Part shown: piece after piece, positions 6,652 to 14,206 of the stretch | Layout: every line of letters begins with the position of its first letter | Numbering within the stretch: position 1 is the first letter of the stretch | NCBI GenBank assembly: GCA_016839745.1 | Contig: JAEOTS010000174.1 | Location: 1-16,582 of the forward strand | DNA from: Promethearchaeota archaeon | Lineage (GTDB): Archaea; Asgardarchaeota; Lokiarchaeia; Sigyniarchaeales; SOKP01 | Length of the DNA stretch: 16,582 bases | Reading direction: 5' to 3' | The notes under the pieces: model-generated | Seen by the model: the letters and a program-made list of their open reading frames with translations, nothing else | Databases searched by the model: none | What the model was told of the DNA's origin: nothing | Translations under genes and position numbers: made by a program

Positions 6652-9600
6652 ATGATAAGTACTTTCTTAATTAATTTTAATAAGAAAAAAATTTATGGAA
6701 AAAATAATATTCGAAGACCCGAAAAGTTAATTATTTATATTTCTTTAGTGGTTTTGTTATTATTTACCACCCAATTTAATGTCAATCAGCTTAATAACGA
6801 TTTTAATGATAAAATTCATATTGATCAACTTCAAACATCTTCAATTCAACCTAATTCAAAACCGCTGCTAGTTACTCAATATGCAACTGCTTTTAATACT
6901 GTGTATCCCTTATCTTTACCTAAGAATGTTAGTTTCACTTTAGTTGAAGGCTGGAATTCAAAAAATATTACTATAATTTATGATGGAGTATCGCATTATA
7001 AGAATCATGTAATAAATAGTGAATTTATTGTAGATGAGACGCCTTGGGTTTATAAATTTTCTAATCCAGAGATTCAAGATGAAGGCTGGAGTGATGGTCA
7101 TGTTAGAATAAAAGTTAAAAAAGATAAAGACTTGCTTAAAGGAGATTATGGTTTTTTCGAAGAAAACCTCTCTCTTCAAGAAAGACTAACACCTGAAAAA
7201 TTTATAACATTTTCCATGGATTATCATTTTGACCCTGATGATGGTACTCCATCAAATAATATTAGTGCCTATATGGCGGTAGAGATCGGTGGAATTGAAA
7301 AAAACAAGACAATTAAATTATCAGATCTTGTTGAGAATACTTGGACTCCAATGAGTATAACCTATGACCCTAAAATTGTGGGTCAACAACTACCCGGTAA
7401 TATTTCTTTAAGAGTAGGAGTTGTTCTAAAAAACGGTACTAGGACTCCCAATAAAGACCAAAAACTTTGGATTGACAATGTGGATTTAAAAATGTGGACC
7501 AGCATTAACCAGGCTAATTTAGTAGAGGTATATGATAATGAATTTGATTTAAGTTATTCTTATGAAAATATTACATTTGGTGCAGGGAAAACCTTTATAG
7601 ATGTAGAAAGGAGTCGAAACGGGACAAGTGATGTTGTTTTTACAATTTCTAAAAATGAAACTTATACAGAAGATTTCGAAATCTATAACATCACAATTTT
7701 CTCAAGCAACTTAAAGGTTTTTAATTCGAGCTTTTCAGGATTGGAGGGTACTATGTACATCGAGGATTTAAATGTTAAATGGCAAACAGAATGCCCTGTT
7801 TCAATTCCATTTAGTTATCTGAATAATCGGGTGGAAATAAAGAAACCAAACGATTGGAATATTACCCGGGTTTTAGATGGGTACGATATAAACCAAATTG
7901 AAAGCTGCTTGGGAAAAGAACTTGGATCTGAAAAATTAATCATTCCAACTGGAGTTTTAAATTCCGGTTTATGGAAAATAGAAGCCATGAGCCAGAATTA
8001 TATTGATCATGGGAGAATCAAAGTATGGAATGGAACAGCATATAGTGAACAATCAGATATTACACTAGGTGATAATTTTCAAGTAATCATTGTTTTAAAC
8101 AATACGATCCCTCTTGCCAATACACGATTAAATTGCACCATCAATTTTCCAAACGGTACAACTTTTTGGTTTGAGGATAAAGAGCCTATTTTACCAGAAG
8201 TTACATTTGGTAATTTTACTGCTGGGAATAACATGACTATTGGTGAATATCAAGTGAAGATCGAATGGACAAATAACCAGTCTTATTTGGCGAGAGATAA
8301 AGTGGGATTCAAACAATTTAGTTTCTTTATTTGGCACCATTCTAATCTAACAACAGTTAATTCTTATATAGAGACTATTTCTGGGGGTCCGCTCTTGATA
8401 AGGATTAATTATTCAGATATTGATTTTAACACATACATTGATTTTGCAACAATTACATATAATTCAACATATGGAGAATCCGGAACCATGTCTTATTCCG
8501 GTTCAGGAATCTACATTATTGATTTAGATACGAGTTCTTTAGGATTAGGTGATTATTATTTTTCGTTTAATGCTTCAAAAAGTTATTACGAAAATCAATC
8601 TAGTAATGATTTAATCCATTTGAAAATAATTGCTCAATCCTTAGCATTAGAAGTACCATATGAAATAATAGATACTATGGTAAACAGCCACACCACTTGC
8701 CAATTTAATGTTACTGGTGCGATTTCTGGGACTTTATTATGGCCTGCCAATATAACCACTGACTGGCATAAAAATTATACAATCGAAGATCATTACAATG
8801 GAACTTATACATTAAACTTTTCAACTATCGAAGCTATGTCCAGTGGAATTCCTGAAATTTTTTCTATTACCATTTTTGCTAATAAAACTAACTACGGAAG
8901 TACTTCTGATGTAATTAACTTGAGAGTTAATCCCATTCCAGCAGCTGTTAATGTAAATAAAACATCAGTAAAAGTCATTATTAACAGTCATTTTTATTTA
9001 AAAGTTAATTATACAAATGAAGGATCAGGAGAATTAATTAGTGGGGCTAATTGTAGCCTAACTTGGCCCACATCATATAATATAACTTCTATAGCTGGGG
9101 AATTTATTATATTTTTTAATACAACTGGACTTTTATTGGATGTATATACAGCAAAAATTGAACTAGAACGTGCAGGATATGAAACATCATTCAAAATCAT
9201 AACTGTCACTTTAGATTTAATTGAAATTGATGTTACCACAATTGGTTTCGAGGATTCAGTTGAAGTTAGTAGAGGAGAGAATATTGCCATTGAAATTTGG
9301 TTAAAAGAATCAGGCTCAAATATAAATATTGAAGGTGCTAATGTTACTTTCTCTTGGGAATACGGGATAGGAATATTAAATGAAAAAGATGGCGGGATTT
9401 ACGAGTTAAATCTATTAATCCCAGAAAGTCTTAAAGGAAACTATAAAATAGACATCTACATACTAAAAGAAAGTTCTTATTATAAAGCAAAACAATTCTC
9501 ATTTTTTCTTTCCGTTAAAGATGAACAGGAAGTTATAAGTCCTTTTTTCATATGGGCAATTATACTAATCCTCTCTAGTATAATTGGTGCTTTACTTGCT

Positions 9601-10368
9601 TTATATGTAAGATCGCAAATATTAATACCAAAGAAAAGGAAAAAAGATTTAGAATTATTGGAGCGAATCCAAATCTTTAAAGATGTTTGGAACATCCAAG
9701 CAATACTTATTGTGGAAAGAAAAAGCGGATTGCCTATTTTCTCCAAAGATATCTCCATTTTTAAAGAACAAGATGATTTTCTAATTTCAGGATTTATTCA
9801 AGCTATAACTGTTTTCAGTGAAGATATCATTGAATCTGAGCCATCAATTACTATAGAAAGAAAAGAGGTCAATAATTTTTTTGAAAATATAATCGAGTTA
9901 GACTTTAAACATTTTAATTTTCTAATTTGTGATTTCAAATCTCTCAGATGCATATTAATCACTAAAGATAAATGTTCTGAAAGGTTAAAAAAACAATTTA
10001 ATCTTCTCGCTGTAGCAATAAATAGCGAATTTTCTGATTTATTAGATAATTATAAAGGATCCTCAAAAGAAATAAATATAAAGACTGAATTTTTTATAAA
10101 CCAATTTTTATTTCTTCATTACAATCAACCCTTTAAATTGACAGAAGATGAAATTTATTTTGTTAAAGTTATGAAATCTGGTTCTTTAACTACACTAGAA
10201 AAAAGAATAGTTAATGTTATTTTATCGGTAGTTAAAACCAAAAATGAATTTGATTTAAAGAATATAATCAATTTAATTCATGAAGAAAACAAGGATTCGA
10301 TTCTAGATGGATTAAGATCATTATTACAACTTAAAATTATTCTCCCTTCTCCATACCCTCCCATATAA
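6652..10368 (+). CDS. Large membrane-anchored surface glycoprotein, receptor-like: CBM-like and Ig-like ectodomain, TM helix, cytoplasmic longin-like and winged-helix-like domains
   Basis: Hydrophobic N-terminal segment LIIYISLVVLLLFTT; about 37 N-x-S/T sequons before the TM and none after; TM FFIWAIILILSSIIGALLALYV (9544-9609) followed by basic PKKRKK; cytoplasmic IQAILIVERKSGLPIF...DDFLISGFIQAITVFSE pattern as in Asgard longin-like domains. The ORF is secure; domain names are inferred. Confidence 0.8.
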   Translation: MISTFLINFNKKKIYGKNNIRRPEKLIIYISLVVLLLFTTQFNVNQLNNDFNDKIHIDQLQTSSIQPNSKPLLVTQYATAFNTVYPLSLPKNVSFTLVEGWNSKNITIIYDGVSHYKNHVINSEFIVDETPWVYKFSNPEIQDEGWSDGHVRIKVKKDKDLLKGDYGFFEENLSLQERLTPEKFITFSMDYHFDPDDGTPSNNISAYMAVEIGGIEKNKTIKLSDLVENTWTPMSITYDPKIVGQQLPGNISLRVGVVLKNGTRTPNKDQKLWIDNVDLKMWTSINQANLVEVYDNEFDLSYSYENITFGAGKTFIDVERSRNGTSDVVFTISKNETYTEDFEIYNITIFSSNLKVFNSSFSGLEGTMYIEDLNVKWQTECPVSIPFSYLNNRVEIKKPNDWNITRVLDGYDINQIESCLGKELGSEKLIIPTGVLNSGLWKIEAMSQNYIDHGRIKVWNGTAYSEQSDITLGDNFQVIIVLNNTIPLANTRLNCTINFPNGTTFWFEDKEPILPEVTFGNFTAGNNMTIGEYQVKIEWTNNQSYLARDKVGFKQFSFFIWHHSNLTTVNSYIETISGGPLLIRINYSDIDFNTYIDFATITYNSTYGESGTMSYSGSGIYIIDLDTSSLGLGDYYFSFNASKSYYENQSSNDLIHLKIIAQSLALEVPYEIIDTMVNSHTTCQFNVTGAISGTLLWPANITTDWHKNYTIEDHYNGTYTLNFSTIEAMSSGIPEIFSITIFANKTNYGSTSDVINLRVNPIPAAVNVNKTSVKVIINSHFYLKVNYTNEGSGELISGANCSLTWPTSYNITSIAGEFIIFFNTTGLLLDVYTAKIELERAGYETSFKIITVTLDLIEIDVTTIGFEDSVEVSRGENIAIEIWLKESGSNINIEGANVTFSWEYGIGILNEKDGGIYELNLLIPESLKGNYKIDIYILKESSYYKAKQFSFFLSVKDEQEVISPFFIWAIILILSSIIGALLALYVRSQILIPKKRKKDLELLERIQIFKDVWNIQAILIVERKSGLPIFSKDISIFKEQDDFLISGFIQAITVFSEDIIESEPSITIERKEVNNFFENIIELDFKHFNFLICDFKSLRCILITKDKCSERLKKQFNLLAVAINSEFSDLLDNYKGSSKEINIKTEFFINQFLFLHYNQPFKLTEDEIYFVKVMKSGSLTTLEKRIVNVILSVVKTKNEFDLKNIINLIHEENKDSILDGLRSLLQLKIILPSPYPPI

Positions 10369-10510
10369 ACAATTTTAGTTCAGATGATTAATAAACATAA
10401 AAAATGTGTAAAATTCTAATAATAAAAACTAAATAGATTGTGCAAAAAATCCATTATAAAATCAAAAAGAGAAGCATTTTTTTCACTTTTTACATTTTAT
10501 ATCATATAGA

Positions 10511-12139
10511 ATGAATGAACTAACAAATTCGGAAACAGTCAAAAAAATTTCAAGGGAAATTATTGATTATTTAATGATTCATCCTAACTTTCCCCAACAG
10601 AAAATCACGAACTTAAAAGGGAAATTTGGGAAGAAGTATAATTATTATAAGGTTATTAAGAACGCTCAAATCTTACATCATGCTAATGAGGAAGAATTAG
10701 GAGTTATTATACAACTTTTAAAGAGGAGAATAACTAGAACGATTTCAGGCGTTTCTGTTATTGCAATAATGACAAAACCTCTTCCTTGTCCCGGAAATTG
10801 TGTTTATTGTCCAGGACAAGATTCTCAACCAAATCAAAAGGTAGCTCAATCCTATACAGGCCATGAGCCGGCTGCGATGAGATCTATCCATAATAATTAT
10901 GACCCTTACGAACAAGTACAAAGTAGAATCAGAGATTTAGAAGCAATTGGCCATATTGTAGATAAAATCGAGCTTGTATGCATGGGTGGGACTTTCTTAT
11001 CCTCACCTATTGATTATCAGGAAGAATTCATTAAGGGAGCTTACGAAGGGATAGCGGAAAGGAGAACTGATACTTTAAAGGAAATAAAAAGAATTGCAGA
11101 GAAATCTAAAAGAAGACTAATAGGATTAACAATTGAAACTAGACCTGACTATTGCACAGAGCCATATGTAGACATGATGCTTAATTATGGAGCAACAAGG
11201 GTAGAAATCGGAATTCAAACCGTATCAGATGATATTTATAAAAAAGTAAATAGAGGTCACACATCCCAAGACAGTATTAATGCTATAAGGATTGCAAGAG
11301 ATGCTGGTTTAAAGATAAATGCTCATATTATGCCTAATTTACCTGGTTCTAACTACTCTAAAGATTTAGAAATGTTTGATGTCCTATTTTCTTCTTCAGA
11401 TTATCGCCCAGATATGTTAAAAATTTACCCTTGCGTAGTAATTAAAGGAACTAAATTATACGATTGGTGGAAAGCAGGCGAATTTACACCATATTCATTA
11501 GATGAATTGGTTGATTTATTATCAAATGCAAAACAAAATATTCCCTCTTATGTGAGAATACAGAGAATAATGAGAGATATACCTGCGTTTCTTATTGAAG
11601 CTGGATGCAAAAAGAGTAATTTAAGACAATTAATACACAAAAAGCTAGAAGATCTTAACTCTAAATGTAATTGCATTAGATGTCGAGAATATGGAATTGC
11701 TAGAAAATCGATAAATATTGATGAAAACAAATTTGAAGATATTAAATTGTATCGTCATGATTATGACGCTTCGAATGGTCAAGAAATATTTTTATCCTAT
11801 GAAAATAAAAGGGAAGATTTTCTTGTAGCATACCTGAGATTAAGAAAACCCTCAGAATATGCTCATAGGCATGAGTTGAATGATGGAAAAACAATGGTAG
11901 TAAGGGAAGTGAAAGTCGTAGGTGAATTAGTTCCTAAAGATAATAAACCTCAAAGGAATACACAACTTCAACATCGTGGTTTTGGAAAATTGCTGATGGA
12001 AAATGCTGAAAAAATTGCTCTCGAAGATTTTGACTCTAAAAAATTAGCTGTAATAAGTGGTATAGGCGTGAGGGATTGGTTTTATGAGATTGGTTATAAT
12101 CTTGATGGATATTATGTCTCAAAACCTTTAATTGATTAA
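10511..12139 (+). CDS. elp3: Elp3 tRNA uridine(34) carboxymethylation enzyme (radical SAM plus GNAT/KAT)
   Basis: RTISGV, CPGNCVYCP, QSYTGHEPAAMR, DKIELVCMGGTF, IETRPD, TRVEIGIQT, RGH, KIYPC, YVRIQRIMRDIP, Zn site CNCIRCRE, QHRGFGKLLM, VISGIGVR. Confidence 0.95.
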   Translation: MNELTNSETVKKISREIIDYLMIHPNFPQQKITNLKGKFGKKYNYYKVIKNAQILHHANEEELGVIIQLLKRRITRTISGVSVIAIMTKPLPCPGNCVYCPGQDSQPNQKVAQSYTGHEPAAMRSIHNNYDPYEQVQSRIRDLEAIGHIVDKIELVCMGGTFLSSPIDYQEEFIKGAYEGIAERRTDTLKEIKRIAEKSKRRLIGLTIETRPDYCTEPYVDMMLNYGATRVEIGIQTVSDDIYKKVNRGHTSQDSINAIRIARDAGLKINAHIMPNLPGSNYSKDLEMFDVLFSSSDYRPDMLKIYPCVVIKGTKLYDWWKAGEFTPYSLDELVDLLSNAKQNIPSYVRIQRIMRDIPAFLIEAGCKKSNLRQLIHKKLEDLNSKCNCIRCREYGIARKSINIDENKFEDIKLYRHDYDASNGQEIFLSYENKREDFLVAYLRLRKPSEYAHRHELNDGKTMVVREVKVVGELVPKDNKPQRNTQLQHRGFGKLLMENAEKIALEDFDSKKLAVISGIGVRDWFYEIGYNLDGYYVSKPLID

Positions 12140-12148
12140 TTATTTCTA

Positions 12149-12163
12149 TTTACCAACGGTAAA
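12149..12163 (+). terminator. Small hairpin just after the elp3 stop (TTTACC-AAC-GGTAAA)
   Basis: 6-bp perfect inverted repeat with a 3-nt loop, starting 10 nt after the stop codon; function not established. Confidence 0.25.
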
Positions 12164-12286
12164 ATAAAAAGAATTGTAATTATAAAGATTTAAAACTAAA
12201 TTATAGATTTTACATACAATATATTCAAATTGTAAAATGAATTAAACAGTTCATAGTAGTAGTATATTATTTTTAAATGATTTATT

Positions 12287-14206
12287 ATGTACAAATTCGA
12301 TTATGAAGAATTAGGATTAATATGCGGCTTAGAAATTCATCAGCAACTTGATACGGACAAAAAATTGTTTTGTAGATGTCCAAGCAAGCTACAAGGAACT
12401 AGAGCGCCAGATTTTAATACAATGAGGTATATGAGACCTGTCTTGGGAGAAATGGGCACATTTGATAAAGCTATGCTAACGGAATACAAAAAGGGTAAGA
12501 CTATCATCTATGAAGGTTACAACGATGTAATTTGTACTTATGAGTTGGACGATACTCCCCCGTTTTCCTGTAACGAAGAAGCTAGAAAAATTGCGTTAGA
12601 ATTAGCTTTACTTCTTAACGCAAATATTATTGAGGAGATGCACGTAAGTAGGAAAAATTATCTCGATGGAAGCGTCCCTTCGGGGTTTCAACGTACGATG
12701 ATTCTAGGTACGGATGGATATATAGCATTGGAGAACAATAAAAAAATCAGAATCGACATATTAAGCTTAGAAGAAGAAGCTGCTAGGAAAATAAAAACTG
12801 AAAATAAAACTAATTTTTACAGATTAGATCGCCTTGGAATTCCATTAGTGGAAGTAACAACTAAACCTGACATAAATACTCCTGAAGAATGTAGAGAATG
12901 TGCTGAAAGAATTGGATTACTCCTGTGGATGACTAATGTTAAAAAAGTACTTGGCTCAATTAGGCAAGATGTTAATGTAAGCATTAAATCTGGAACCAGA
13001 ATTGAAATTAAAGGAGTTCAAAAATTGAGTTGGATACCTTTACTGATTAATCATGAAATTTCACGTCAGCTTGGTCTGATAGAGATTAGAGAAGAACTAA
13101 AAAATCGAGGAGTAAATGAAAAGGACCTCCCTAAAGGGCCTGTAGATTTAACTAGTTTGATGGCAAAAACTAAATCTAAGTTCATTGCGAGTGGCTTAAA
13201 ATCGGGAAAAAGACTCCATGGTTTCAATTTTAAAGATTTTAAGGGTATTTTTGGAAAACAGTTAATGGAAGATTATAGATTTGGGACTGAAGTAAGTAGT
13301 AAGGTCAAAGTTATTTCAGGTTTAAAGGGGATAATACACTCTGACGAAAATTTAGAAAATTATACTTTATCTAAAGATGAGATACAAAAGATTCAGAACA
13401 AATTGAATTCGAAAGAAAATGATTGTTTCGTTTTAATTCTGGGAACCAACAAAGAACTCAATAAAGCAGCAGATATAATTATTAATCGAATCGAATATGT
13501 TTTTAAAGGTGTTCCCCCTGAGACAAGAAAGGCTCTTGAAAATGGAACTACCGAGTTTTTGAGAGAATTACACGGTGGAGCACGATTGTATCCGGATACA
13601 GATTCTCCCGCTATTATGAATACAGCTGAAGAAATTATAAAAATTCGAAACACTTTACCTAATTATCCTTGGGATATAATTGAAGATTATGCTAAAAAGT
13701 ATAAAGTAGAACAGAGTTCTATTAAAGACTTAATTTTTAAAGGGAAACTCTCTCTATTTGATAGTTTAATCGAAATCTATCCCGAAAAACCTTCGATTGT
13801 CTTAAATACATTACTAAACAAAGCAAAAGCTATTAAGCGTGAAGGTAGAAAAATAGAAAATATAACTAATGATGATTATATAAAAATCTTCCAAGAATTG
13901 AAAAATGAAAACATAGGAAAGGAAGCTATTGAAGATATAATGAGGTTAAAAGCAGATTCTCCAAATCTTTCTATAGAACAATCAATAGAGAAACTCCATC
14001 TTGAAACTCTCTCATTTGATGATTTAAAAATAATAATTAAAGAAATAGTAGATAAAAACATAAAAATCATTAAAGAAAAAGGTATGAGGTCCATGGGACC
14101 ACTAATGGGAGAAGTTATGAAAAAGGTACGGGGAAAAATCGATGGTGAGATCGTTTCTAAAGAATTAAAATTACAGATAACAAACAAATTAAAGGAGATG
14201 AAATAA
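12287..14206 (+). CDS. gatE: Glu-tRNA(Gln) amidotransferase subunit E
   Basis: GLICGLEIHQQL, KLFCRCP, DGSVPSGFQRT, LDRLGIPLVEV, GSIRQDVNVSI, RIEIKGVQ, GAD insert with HSDE, GVPPETR, ARLYPDTD, C-terminal Yqey-like LMGEVMKKVRGKIDG. Confidence 0.97.
   Translation: MYKFDYEELGLICGLEIHQQLDTDKKLFCRCPSKLQGTRAPDFNTMRYMRPVLGEMGTFDKAMLTEYKKGKTIIYEGYNDVICTYELDDTPPFSCNEEARKIALELALLLNANIIEEMHVSRKNYLDGSVPSGFQRTMILGTDGYIALENNKKIRIDILSLEEEAARKIKTENKTNFYRLDRLGIPLVEVTTKPDINTPEECRECAERIGLLLWMTNVKKVLGSIRQDVNVSIKSGTRIEIKGVQKLSWIPLLINHEISRQLGLIEIREELKNRGVNEKDLPKGPVDLTSLMAKTKSKFIASGLKSGKRLHGFNFKDFKGIFGKQLMEDYRFGTEVSSKVKVISGLKGIIHSDENLENYTLSKDEIQKIQNKLNSKENDCFVLILGTNKELNKAADIIINRIEYVFKGVPPETRKALENGTTEFLRELHGGARLYPDTDSPAIMNTAEEIIKIRNTLPNYPWDIIEDYAKKYKVEQSSIKDLIFKGKLSLFDSLIEIYPEKPSIVLNTLLNKAKAIKREGRKIENITNDDYIKIFQELKNENIGKEAIEDIMRLKADSPNLSIEQSIEKLHLETLSFDDLKIIIKEIVDKNIKIIKEKGMRSMGPLMGEVMKKVRGKIDGEIVSKELKLQITNKLKEMK

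Noticed and set aside
9628-9645. PKKRKK resembling an SV40-type nuclear localisation signal
   Set aside because: It follows the TM helix closely and is explained by the positive-inside rule; the organism is a prokaryote.
10397-10500. Imperfect inverted repeat (ATAAAAAATGTGTAAAA ... TTTTACATTTTAT) as possible MITE ends
   Set aside because: Low-complexity A/T sequence, imperfect match and no target-site duplication; expected by chance at this composition.
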